A stretch of 63,811 nucleotides of DNA. Source: Catajapyx aquilonaris (Eukaryota). This document shows positions 39,876 through 52,691 of this stretch, piece after piece; position 1 is the stretch's first letter, and each line of letters opens with the position of its first letter. The position numbers were made by a program, and so were the translations under genes. The notes below the pieces were generated by a model that was given only the letters and a program-made list of their open reading frames with translations, ran no database searches and was not told the DNA's origin. The stretch is from NCBI GenBank assembly GCA_000934665.2, contig KZ538531.1, positions 1 to 63,811 of the forward strand, in the 5' to 3' direction.

Positions 39876-42800
39876 ATTCAGGAATGTAATCGATGACTTC
39901 AACATCCCTATTCTGACATAATAAAACTCAGCCCAGTGGCTACTTACACGCGATTCAACCCAGCTGACCAAGTTTTATACTCTAACTACTCCTCAGGACC
40001 TAACCTAAATAGCAACTTCAGCCTAGTAATCATATGTAAAGCTTACACTCTCGCGTGCAGACAACACCGCAGAACATCGTATTACCATTCTTCAAAAAAT
40101 GTGGTTACGAGATGTAAAAATTATGTAATGCAAATCCTAACAGTATCTTGTCGATAATATTTTACAGTCGTCGATACTGCTGTGATACTGCAGAATGACA
40201 TGATGCGTCATTGTGTATTTTAAAAACACCGTCTGGGTAAATCAGGTGGGAACCATACATGCAAAAACTCACAAGAAAAGGCACCTCTTTTGTATTCCGA
40301 AGCTTCTTCTTGGCCGTCACGCGAACCACTATTCCTCAGCACTGCTTGTTGTATTACTAAGGACGTCTTCCTTATTATGACGCATGCAGCCAGCACGTCA
40401 TTGTTCACCTACTTCTACTTGCTTCAGGTATTAAATCGCCGAATGGCAGCCTTGGCTTTAACGGAGAAGGGAATAACCGCAGCAAGTGCTGATATTATTT
40501 GCCCTTAGGAATTACACGCAACGGTGGTCACTACTGACATTTCCGAGAACAGACTAACCCACACAATATTCTACTGGTACGTATTTGCCTATATGTATTT
40601 CTGCTGCCAGATTCATGCACGAAACCACAGAGTTGGATGCTAAATAATTACATGGTTAACCAGGAAATGTGGTATTGCATCCTATTGCGTATGTCTGACT
40701 CTACACCTTGTGTTATTGCACAAAAGATGACCTGAATTATTACAATCAGTCCTTCACCTATAATTGCCCGTACCACCAGCTGTGCATCGTTTATGTAACT
40801 TGCGTACAACCCGCGTGTAAAGGTTGATGGGATTCCCTCATTACCATGACGTTACGCAGTTCTCTGGTCACGGTCAACTATCCATCTTATAGCTGCGAAT
40901 ATTACGTAATTGGAGTTGGAATGCAAATATCGAGTGCCTGCCCTCTTTTTTCCTCTGTGTGGCGTAAAGCATACATAGTGCACTGGGATGAATCGAGTCC
41001 AACCTTTGAGAAGTAGGGGAAGGTCTTGATCACTCTCTTTGACTCCGTAATGAGACCAAGCCCACAGTACGTAACACATATAACAAGTGCAGGAATCCCC
41101 GATGCGCACCTTCACTTGTCACTCAGCAGTCCGAGGAAATGAAAACACATTAGACTTGCCTTCCAGCACGTTTATTAGCTTACAGTGAGGTAATAAAGTA
41201 ATGCAAAGGGAAGCCACGGTGCATATACTTCGAGGTATAAAATGTAGGACTAACCTATTTCAGTATGTAAAATAGTTTCTGAGAATTTCTAATAACATCT
41301 TCTCTTCCTCAGATGCTGATTTGTATCAGGTGTCGTCACAAGAAACAATTCGGCACTAATTATGCAAATATGTTCAAACTTTAGAATATACTGTACTACA
41401 TCACCTTCAATGAATGCATTCATATTGGATAATGCGATCCAGATCAAGCGCAGAATTAATAACTTATCTCCGGAGCAAATATAATATGCTAAGCTCTGTA
41501 CTAGCGTATGTAGTTTATAGACTCACTTGCCAGTGGAGAGGCCAGTTTCTCCTTACAAAGAGTGGAGCCAGAAACCGGTCCTAGGTCTTGTCTGAGAGAT
41601 TTCCAATTTGCTGCCCTTCACCTCCAAGGCTTTCCACTGCATGATTTTTCCTGACCAACCGATAGCAAGTATAAGATTGTAACACTTGACTGCTAATAAA
41701 TTACCGTTATTATTATTAATAGAACCCCAAGTGAGTCTTGCTTGACTGCCTGCCTTCTAGAGAGAGAAAAAAGGCACATACTCTATCAAGACCGTGTATT
41801 CTATCAGCCAAAAAATTAAGTTTTGACTTTAATATGCTAGACGTATCCTGACGCTAAACCGGCAACCATAAAGATCATCAACACTTGTTTTTTCCTATGT
41901 CGGAGTTTTGTGACCGCGGTGAAGAAATTCATTGCCCCCAAATCAGCATCATCTGGAATAGTTTCATTTTGCTCATCATGTAGCTATTTATTGATGATGA
42001 TTAATACGTATATATACAGGGTGGTAGGCCCTCTGGGATATTTCAAGACGAAATTGCAGTGGTGGATTTTGACGATTTCGGTTCCATTTCTGAGATACTC
42101 GCATGTAATGCTATTCATGACACGAGAAAAACCATCCCGTGAGTTAGGCAACCCAGCCATCAAGAACGGTTGGAGAGTTGCAGAACATGCAGGATGTTCT
42201 CCATATTATTGACATGGATACAGCATGGCGACTGAAAATAATTGGCCTGCCATTTCCGTAATGGAGCCAAAAAATCACCTAGAGAAGCTTCGTTTTGGAA
42301 TATCATATGACACCTAAGTCAGAAAGCCTTTGAAACCCAGTACAAACTATTTCGAGCGGATTTTTGAAATAAAATTATCACAAGAGAGTAGGTATCAGGT
42401 GGGTGCAAACGGGATAAAAACACGTTACTTGGACTCCTTCAGATATAATTTCCAGGATAGATGAAATACCTTCTCACATGACAACCAGCTTCTGATCAAG
42501 CTTCCGGGTTGTAGCTCCAATGTCCGGATTCTTCTGACTTCTTACTGTCTTCGGTTTCGGCTCTGCTCTCGCTGTCGTATGTCCTGACTCTTGCTTCTTT
42601 TTGTTTTGGTGTTGTCTCCAGTACGGTTTCTTATATTTACGGTTCATTTGCGGGTTTGGGTATATAGTACCGTATATAGTACAAAACCTCCTTTTCGGGG
42701 TTCCGTTTCTTGACCTCTTTGGGTCATTGTCTATACATTTCACACGTTAATCCAACTTATCCGGATAAGTTGGGTTATTGAACCACCCTGGGACGTCCCG

Positions 42801-43418
42801 TCATCCCAATGTGTCGTCCCTGGGACGTCCTGGGTACGTCCTTGTGTTGTGTGGGCTATGAACTAAAAACAACACACTTTCATAGCAAAGAACCATTAAA
42901 ACAAACAACTCATGAAACCCAAAAACAAATAATACAATAGTGACATAACCTATCATCAGATATTATGTGCATGTGCACTCTTTCCATTTGCTGCTTACGT
43001 CCACCATCCAGACTGCATACATGACAGTGCAATAAATTAATGGAACATGTTGCAAATTACTAACATAGATTCGTAGAAGTTGGATGGTTGGCTGGCTAGA
43101 AAGAAGCCAAAGTACAGGTATATGCATAATTTCAATCACTGCACATAGTGACACTGCAAAATTCCATAAGCACATCCCAGCACATAATTCAATACCGTAA
43201 TAATAATTATGCTGGGCCAGCACACATTACCCAAATATTTGCTGTCCTTTATTTCATTACCAGTTGGTGCCTCACCAATTCATGTCTCTGCATGTTGCAC
43301 TTTGGCTCAAGTGGCTTGATTGCAGTTCATGTGTAATTGGAAGAGAACTCGACTGTCTTGTAGCTAGCCCATGGAAAAGAGGGAGACCAGGCGATTCTGT
43401 TTTATGTCCTTGACAGTA

Positions 43419-43555
43419 CTATCGGGTTCAAATACTTTTGGCCACTTTATCCTGGTCTTGCAGCAACCCTTCGCACAGACCCCACGTTGAGGTGTGTGTG
43501 TTAAGGGTTGCTTCAAGACCAGGATAAAGTGGCCAAAAGTATTTGAACCCGATAG
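43419..43555. mobile_element. Tc1/mariner-like hairpin MITE
   Basis: TIR CTATCGGGTTCAAATACTTTTGGCCACTTTATCCTGGTCTTG and its reverse complement, TA on both sides. Confidence 0.85.
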
Positions 43556-44229
43556 TACCTTTATTCATTGTGTTCATAATACACTTCAAGGCAGAAATGA
43601 TGACAAAATAATACTTTTTTTTAAAAAATATATATTTTTACATTACCCCGTGCTAGGGCCATGTAGGCCCTTTTAGGGGGCTGGAATATCACCATCCTTC
43701 AATTTTTCTGTAATTTTTCTTCTGACTCCGGTGCAAGGATGAAAGGATATGGGGTAAGGATGGGGGAATTGGGAGGGGGTTAGGTTAGGAAAAACCCACT
43801 ATTGTCAAGATGGTGACATTGTTTATTAACATGTAAATAAAGAGGAATATGTAGCAATGTCTCGTACACAGTACAGTACAGTACCAGGGTTGCCACAGAC
43901 TCCTCATTTTTAATTTCCCTGACCTTTTATCAAAATTCCCTGACTTTTCGACATACCTGTAGCAAACCCCAAAAGCCCATTCCGTATACGTACGCAATGA
44001 TATCCGCGACCGACGTTAGCGATTTTAAACATTTTCCCTGACCCATTTTCAAATTCACTGACCTTTCACTGATTTCACTGGTCATTTTTTTCCCCCTGAT
44101 TTTTCGAGGCTGATATCTTCCTAGGTTTACTGGAGCGGTTTCCTGCATTTAAATAAGAAGATAGACAATATTGCAATTGTGGAAGTGCAGAAGTTTTGAG
44201 AATGACGAATACTTTAGGCCTAGGAGCAC

Positions 44230-44345
44230 AAACCTTCGTTTCCAATTTCTTGGCCAAATCATGGACACACGATTTGAGCGGAGGCTTCCGGCCACCAAAC
44301 TTCTTTACGAATTCCACTTGACACTGCTTGAATGACTCAGCAGTC
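44230..44345 (-). mobile_element. Mariner-like transposase N-terminal (DUF4817-type HTH) fragment
   Basis: Peptide AESFKQCQVEFVKKFGGRKPPLKSCVHDLAKKLET resembles the N-terminus of arthropod mariner-like transposases. Confidence 0.6.
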
Positions 44346-44349
44346 AGTA

Positions 44350-44895
44350 TTGATGTAAGTGATCTGGCCGGGGCCACTAAGAGTCAACTTCAAATTAAGA
44401 TAGCTAGCCACTTGAATCTCGATCAGACTTTACTTGAAAACTCTCGATCTTATGCGAATTATAATGAGATTAAGAGTGCCCAAGGAATGGAGTCGTATTT
44501 GTCTTTCAGTTTACCGTTAGCCACACTGCGTACTTTGGATATGTCTGCGCAATGGCCCAAAGTATCTCGGGCTAAACGGTGTCAAAATCGATTTCTTAGA
44601 TTCAAAATGTGAGTGGTGCAATCTGGACCTTAACATGGATCTGCTTCATTATCTTTTTGTATGTCCTAATTTTTGTACGCCGCGAAACCAATTCTTGTCC
44701 TCACTACCCAGGGTTCCGCCGAACAAGTTCGTTTTTGCTTTATGTTTACCTAACCCAAACTTGTTACACAGTGTCCACAATTTTTTCTTGAATGTCGTCA
44801 ACGTATTGAATTTTCTTATGATTAGGGTGGTGGTGTCCCCCCGAAAGAAGGCTCTACTACGGGGTGATGAAAATAAATAAAATAAAATAAAATAC
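44350..44895 (+). mobile_element. 3' end of a non-LTR retrotransposon (RTE-X-like)
   Basis: YNEIK..MESYL and DLLHYLFVCPNF...R (C-terminal HxxxxC motif), followed by a CCCC..GGGG stem and an (AATAA)n tail. Confidence 0.6.
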
Positions 44896-47720
44896 AATAA
44901 TGGACTTCAAGGCAGAAATGATTACAAAATAATATGTTATCAGGTATTACTCAACAATACGAGACCTGTAACAATGTTCAGGAAGAAAATACTTCAAATA
45001 AATTAATCTCTTTAATTTTAATGTACATATACTACATGTCACAACAGCATTAGTTAATGCACATATTATCTTCATACATACAGTATATAGTACATTATAT
45101 TATTTTTTGACACACTACTCCTCCCTTGGCATGGTTTCTGCAAATTGAAAGTAATTACCATATACGCGTACAGTACTATTAACCCTATAATTTGACTAAT
45201 CCCCCAGGAATCCAGGCTTGCACGTTGTATGAAGAGATTTCCATATATGATTGTGATCAGATGAATCTGCATGGAATATTATCATCTTAAGGAGCCAGTA
45301 ACAACTGATTAAAGGCATTTATGGCCCCACATTTATGCACTAGTAAAAGGTCGTCATGGTCAATGAAATACCGAAGCTACCCTTCCACATCAACATCCAC
45401 TTACATGTTGGATGGCACAACATATTTAACATTTGTACATGGCTCTACACACTCACTCTCTGGGCATTTCCACGCAAACACACTCATACTGTCCGTTCGT
45501 TACATCAGGTTTTGCCGACATGTACTAGCGTATTTTATTGTAACAATACATACACATTGCATGAAATGGATTAATCATGCAGTGCATGCATTCTGGCATT
45601 GTTATAATAAAATACACTTGTGCACGTAGGCAAAACTTGTGTTACGAACGAACAGATGCATATCATGGAAATGACCCTCTATAAATTATGTAATACTGTG
45701 CATATCCCAATAACTACTAAATTGGTTCTGTCATACCCTGCACCTATCCAATTCAGAAATAGCACCTCTTGGTATACTACAATATTCCTTCTTAGTATTG
45801 TCATTTACCATATAATAATGTCTGCAATTACTTCTGGTATTACAATTAAGTTACTATGCAACAATAATTATATTGCAGTAATTTTCTCTGGAAAGAATAT
45901 TTGTTCTTTTGTATCACACGCGTAACAAAAGCAGCTCTTTTAAGGAACTCATATTTTCCATCCTGTTGCAATTTCAAGTACACTGTACTCCGGATTATCT
46001 GGTTCCAGGCTGATGGCTGCACTACACGGGTGTCGCCAGATAATCGGGAAGTGGGCCTAGAGGCCATAAAATGACCTAATCACCGGTTTTAAATTAATAC
46101 TGTACATACCGTCTGTGTGTGTATTCTGCTTTAAATGAGATTTAATCAGAATTAGAAAATTTTTCGTAGATTTTTAGTTTGTCTTCCGAAAAAAAGTCTG
46201 TTATATTTCTTTGCTTGCGAGAAAAATGTAAATTTTTTGGGCTTTTCTTTGTTTTAGCCATGCACAGATAATCCGCACCCAGATAGTCAGGAGTACAGGG
46301 TAAATGCAAGTACTGAGTAGCGGGTATGGATTAAGTCTTTATATGAGCCTCTTAATTTTCTTCCGACTAAAAAACCCCCTATTGTCAAGATGATGACATT
46401 GTTTATTAACATGTAAATAAAGAGGAATATGTAGCAATGTCTCGTACACAGTACCTGGTGAAGTGAAACGCCTGAACAAAATTCAACATCAATTGAAGTT
46501 AAGTGATGGATTCTACTTCCTTAGGACACACATTTTGAGCAGACATAATATAATTGTGCTATTTACAATTAACAATATTTTCAGCCTACAAGAGAAACCC
46601 AGTCGAGTAAGGTAAAAAAAACAAAAAAAACAGAAAAGCAGAAAAGCAGAAAAGCTAAATGAAAGTAATGATTTTTAGTTCTGAGCAAATTGTCATATAA
46701 TGTTTTAAGTAGGACTACATCCTACAATAAACAGACTTAGGGACACATTAAATACATATTTTTGGCTGTTTCATGCATGGCAAGACATAATTCTGAAGTT
46801 TTTTCGTCCTTCTTCAGGCAAATGAATGACATCATGTCTCTTCTGAGTCTCCCTTATAGGTCTACTAAAAAAAATACAATCAGCATAGAAATCCAAGGCT
46901 ACACATAATTCAAAATGGACGAAAACTAAAAATTATGGTCAGACTGCCAAGGGTTTGTGGCTGACAGTAGCACCAACTTAGATCAGCATATCTCACTTTG
47001 CATTCCCTATATACTTGCTTCCCACTTGCTTCCCTATATACTAGTTAAATTGCCCAGATTGAATTCACACAGGGTACCATACCCCAAGAAGCTTTGTCTC
47101 ACATTTATGTTGCTGGTGACTACACTAAGCTGCCCATGAAGAGTGCCTACATAACAGCATCTGTTGAGTGCATCTCTGACTTATGTCATTTCACCATTTC
47201 ACCCTGTGATATTACAATGGGATTCATAACAACAGTTTTGCTCTTTTGTCTAGTCGTTGAAATTCAGAAACCAAGTGCTACACACCTTGCTCTTGCAAGT
47301 TCGTAAGCTTCAGCCTTATTCAGGATGGTTTTAAAGCCATGAAAATAGAATCTTGCAGTGTAAATGCATAGATCAAAAGTGCCTTTTGGATTTTCAGGAG
47401 TGTGACATGAAAGCCTGCGCATGTGAATTTTATAAATTTCATATCGCAATATAAATTGATTCTTGTTCCATATCATTTTATTAAAATTTCACGCTAATCA
47501 ATTAAAACAACTTACGTCTTTCTGCAACAACTAATTCAAGATTTTATACCAGAAGAAATGTTCCTTAATATCACACACTTAAAGCACCATATTAGAGGGC
47601 CATACCCTACTAATTTTAACTAATTAAGTTTACAATTCATCTGCACATTGCTTCATAGTAAAATAAAATAATTATGCTAATGTGTACTGCATATTCCAAT
47701 TGAAATGTTTGTTTTAGTTA

Positions 47721-47949
47721 GGGCCGGTTCCACCATCCGCGCTCAGTGCTGAGAAGAGCTCATCTCCGGAGTCCGCCGTAGATTCGGGCGCCTGAGAGGG
47801 CGCTTGGGAGGGCAAATCTGGCCGCAAGAGCATTTGGGGGGTATTTGAGTCACCACCGGAGCTCGGGGAAGTTTTGTGGAATGCTATTGGCTCTCGAGCT
47901 GGGATTTGATCTCTACTCAGCACTCGAGCGCGGATGGTGGTACCGGCCC
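47721..47949. mobile_element. PIF/Harbinger-like MITE
   Basis: TIRs GGGCCGGTTCCACCATCCGCGCTC / GAGCGCGGATGGTGGTACCGGCCC with TTA TSD. Confidence 0.85.
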
Positions 47950-47978
47950 TTAGTGATTTCTTTGGCTCTAAACATCTT

Positions 47979-48097
47979 GGGTCGATTTTTTGTCCCACTG
48001 CTTGTTACTAGTACTAACTTAGCAGTATGCCAGTACCATTGCCAAAGCTGGCACTGGTAAGTTAGCAGTAACTATCAGTGGAACGAAAATTCCACCC
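47979..48097. mobile_element. Hairpin MITE, second copy of the 17489 family
   Basis: GTCCCACTGCTTGTTACT..CTAACTTAGC / GTAAGTTAGCAGTAACTATCAGTGGAACGAAAATTCCACCC. Confidence 0.7.
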
Positions 48098-49563
48098 TTA
48101 CATTGGAGTAATAACTTTCAGATATTAACAAAAGCTTTGGCTGCTAATATTAGGTCACCTGAATAATAATAATAATCTATCCAAGCTTATGAGTTGAAAT
48201 AAATTTTTGACCTGGAATGGCCCTTTGTAAAATTAGCATCAAGCATTATTTTTAAATGCCAGAATCACCTCCATGTATTAAGGCTGGGATAAAGAAAATC
48301 AGGACCTTCTTCGAGTTCCAACTCTGGCCGAAAGAGGAGACAGTGGATCCCACCCTCTCTACACAAAAGAAAGGACGCGTTTGCGGTTGACCATTCCCTC
48401 GAGGCACAATAAAAACCGTGAAAATTAGGGTTCCCCCAACTTCTAGTAGTTCTCAAATCAGTCAAATTTTAACAAAATTATTATTTGCCGAAAGGTTATA
48501 GCTGATTATAAAAATCGGCTTTGTTGGTCCGGAGCACCTCATTTTTCCGCATTTTTTGGTGCTTGTTACGACATAACTTAAAATTTTACGACTGCGTAAA
48601 TTACTCCCGAATGCAAATGACTTTTTATAATACTACATTAAGAATATGGGAAAAGTACAGTGTACATGTGCAAGAGAGAGGTCAGTTACACTTACACAAA
48701 AAAAATATCGGTTCTGCTGTTGTTAGTTAGCGAGAACTTTACTTCCAAATTCTCTTTATCCCCCCCTTAAACATTGGTCCAGATAACATAGTGCCAGAAA
48801 ATCACTAACTAAAACAAAAATAATTTCAATTGGTATTGGTGTTGCAAATGCTATTGTTAACTGGGTGAGTTGCAATGTAACACTCATTTTGTTACCCAAC
48901 AGAGATTCGATCCTGTCACTTTGTATAAGATAGAAGACACCTTGGCCACTAGACCCACATGCTACTTGCATTGGTTACGTTACCTACGTTAGCTAATGAC
49001 CCAATGTCATACGATCTTAGAAAAACTTGCCTAATTCTCTTGTGCTGGCAGAGCAATGTGCAGCATCAGCAAAAAAATGCTGGGAACCTAAAATGCAGTT
49101 GCTTAGTGCAAAAAAAAAAAAAATCACTTTTGTTTTTAAACTGCTTGACACTTTCTGAGCATTCCTGAGTCTGTTGTAAAAATATTATGTTTGCAATTAA
49201 AGCAACAATTATTTCAGATCCAACTGGTCAAATAATAAATAAATTATAACAGATTTTTCTGTCAGATATTTCACAAAATATTTGTGAAATACGTCGAGTA
49301 ATAAATATGTTGATATGAAAAAGGTGCTCTCTTGCCAGCCCTTATAAAATTTCACTTCACTATAAAAATATTCTTCTAAATACCACATATTTAGCAGTAC
49401 GCAGAACATACTGCACACTGCACCTTTACAACGTACAGATTCCAGACCTGTAGCCCTTTCACTTGATTACAGCATGATTAAGTAATTCACACCATTTGCT
49501 TGGCATGGCTCAGATACTCACTTCAACTTGCTTCAGTACTTTGATCCTTTCAAGGCTTTAATT

Positions 49564-52500
49564 CTAAAAGCTAGTCATCATAGCAATATCCCCATCACCA
49601 TCCTGGTTGAAGGATGTGATTTTGGGTGTTCCTTCATCCTGAGAAATGTACACCTCCTTCTTTACCTGAAATATTTTCCAGCAAATGAAGTGTTATTTAC
49701 ACTGGTAACTAACACAGATAATAAAATATGCAACTGTTTCAACAGACTGTTTTACCTTGTTATACTTGGAACCAATTTTTCCTTTAACCCAAGGGCTTAG
49801 CAACTGTGGATCCACCGCTTCTATCTTCTTATTAAAGCACCTTACAAGGCTACTGACAAGAAGTCCAATGATTGTAGTCACTAGAAAGCCTATCACAGCG
49901 TACCACATAAAAGATATTTTATATAGAGGGAAATAATAAGTGCTGGAAAAGAACACAACAAGTTAGTGTCTGTTGGTTCTGTTGACAATGTCTCATTATC
50001 ATACCTATTAACAGGAGGAGATAGAGTTGTGCCATTTGTTATAGATTCTGTGTGGCTAAATGACACATTCATGGAAGACAGGATTGAGTTATTAAAACTC
50101 TCACAACCATCGACTCTGGTTGGCAATTTGCGCAGTGGTGGTTTGGGTCCACCAAAACCAATCCACAGGGATACTGCCAGTCCAGTCAAAAATCCTGTCA
50201 GGCTTCCCTGCAAGCGTAATATATTCTAGTCAGTCACAGCCTGACAAATGAATAGAGATAGGATCCCCTCTGCTCACAAGTTATTGAAATAGTTATAAGA
50301 ATGTCACGTAGCTCCTGCAACACTGCAACAAGCACTACAATTTTGCTTAATTCAATATTTTGGCTCAACATGTTTTACAATCACCCTACAATGCTTTAAT
50401 AAAGCTTCCTGGAAGAGTCATCCTGTCACAAAACCCCTTGTTGATAATGCTACCCCTAATGGCGGATTGGCGGCAAAAGTGGTAACTCACTGCCTGTGTG
50501 CTGCATGTGCTGAACATCCCCAAAGTGAAGAGAGCCAGGAGGGGGCCTCCTACTACTCCAAATATGGTCAGTGCAGCTTGAAGAACACCACCTAAGTATT
50601 CTGCCAAAAATGCAAGTGCTAGGGAGCTTAGCCCATAGAAGAGAGCCAGTCCTTTGGTAATGAGGGGAGGACTTCTTTCGGACAAGTCCACTTTGAACAC
50701 TTTCACCAACAATGGCTGAAGAAGTGAACACAATCAGATCTAAGCATGCCACATGGTAAAGGGAGGTATCCTCACCCTTATAAAATCTTCAAAAGTTACG
50801 GCAGATAAGGAATTAACAGCAGAAGACATGGTGCTGAGAGATCCACTGAAAATGCCTGCGACAAATAATCCAGGAAGACCTGGGATATTACCCATGCTGT
50901 CGACTACGAATAACGGCAGAAGCTGAAAATTCAAACAATTAAATATTTTCAAGCCAAAGTTAATAATTATCATCGTCACTTACCTGGTCTGATGATGGAA
51001 TTCTCCCTTGCTTAACAGGATCACACTTTGAGTATCGTGAGTAGATAGAAAGTCCAGCAAAGGAAGTACTGAGACTCAGTAAGACTAGGATTGGGAAGTT
51101 AAGCCAAAGTGCTATTTGAGATTTCTTCAGGTCCCTGAGAAAGTGGTACATCTTTTATAAGGATAATATTGACTTCCATAAAAATGTGCTTAATCGCACA
51201 CAATACCAATACATTACCTAACAGTAAGAAGCCTTTGGACTTGAGCTTGATTGACAGCATACACTGTGAGATACGTGAAAATTCCTCCGATCATTTGTGT
51301 CCAAACTGTCTGCCTTGTGGTAGGATCTGGATCAAAACTAGTGAAAAAAAAGGATAAATTGTACAACTTATCCAGACACTAACAATCATATCCACTCACT
51401 TCAAAAATTCAATACGTCCTCCTTCATTTGCAATTTCCCAAATAGCAGAAAATCCCCCAGCATCAATAACGCCCTTTATTACTACACAGTATATCGCTGC
51501 AAACATTAGCAGTGACTGAAAAGGATCAGATAGTATAGTTGGAAAAATAAAAAATAAGTAAAACCACATGTTACCTGGAAGACATCGGTGATTAAGACAG
51601 CCTTCATTCCACCTATGGTGGAATAAAAAGTGCACACAAGGCCTACTGACAGAATGGACGTGAACTTGGAAAGACCTGTGACTGCAGCCAGTGCAATTGC
51701 AGGTGCGTATAAAACTATTCCCATGTACAGGATCATTTGAAGACAGAAAGAAAGTGATGCTGCCAAACGAGTTGAGGTTCCAAAGCGACGCTCTAAATAC
51801 TGCAAGGTACAACATAAGAGTTAAATAAAAATTATGCAAAAAAAACTATCCACACAAAATCAGAAAACTATTAAGCCCCATTCACACAGGCCATCGATGG
51901 TTTTGGTCTTTGTTCGCATTGAGGCCGCTGACCTATCATGACTCATGTAAACAAGCGCAGCACTTAGACCAAAACCATCGACGGCCTGTGTGAATGGGCC
52001 TTTAGAAACTGAGAGTATTCAAGTCTCTAACATGTCTCTTGTTAATTTGGCATTGATCAAATGCATACAACTTTTTGATGTCAACTGGTCAGAAAATGCT
52101 TACCTCATAAGAACTGGTTGCTTGCAACCCAAAAAAGACAGGGAGATATCCATAGACTGCAATTGGAGTGGCAACTAAGTACGCCAAGTTTATAACCACA
52201 AACTGAGTACCATACACATAATTCTCAGTGGAGACTCCGAGAATAGTTATAGCTGACATGAAACTTGCCATGAGCGAGAAGCTCACAGGAAGGACTGACA
52301 TGTTCTGATCAGCCAGCATGTATTCCTGCGAAAATAAAGGAACAGTCAGAACTGTGGGCATGTAATATGTAAAATGAACATTTAGCTGAGAACAATGACA
52401 CCGACTCTAAAAAATCATATTCTACACATGTAGTCTCATGCAACGACGTGGTAAAGCAAGTGGTTTCACTGCTGCCAAACTTCTGCAGTCATTTCTACAA

Positions 52501-52691
52501 ACATTCTCCCACTCCGATGCAGTTGGCGGGTTCTGCCGAACACAAAGCTATTTCTTTCTTGTAAATAAAACCAATACACCCACCCTGAGAGTCTTCTGCC
52601 TTCCTCCAGTGAACCTATAGTATATCCCAATGGAAGCCGAGATGGCCAGCATGGCTCCAAACACCACATAGTCCACGACTCCAAAGTACAT
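49564..52691 (-). CDS. SLC5 sodium-dependent multivitamin transporter-like, copy D (601 aa)
   Basis: 11 in-phase exons: 52691-52584, 52325-52104, 51799-51575, 51515-51400, 51337-51218, 51134-50984, 50922-50776, 50715-50491, 50207-50005, 49942-49756, 49665-49564. Motifs [44 protein letters not shown]; ends MTSF. Confidence 0.92.
51874..52001. mobile_element. PIF/Harbinger-like MITE in intron 2 of SLC5 copy D
   Basis: TIRs AGCCCCATTCACACAGGCCATCGATGGTTTTGGTCT / AGACCAAAACCATCGACGGCCTGTGTGAATGGGCCT, TTA TSD. Confidence 0.85.

Noticed and set aside
42017..42790. Mariner-like element bounded by CAGGGTGGT / ACCACCCTG
   Set aside because: Only a 9-bp inverted match, and the right-hand TA is missing.
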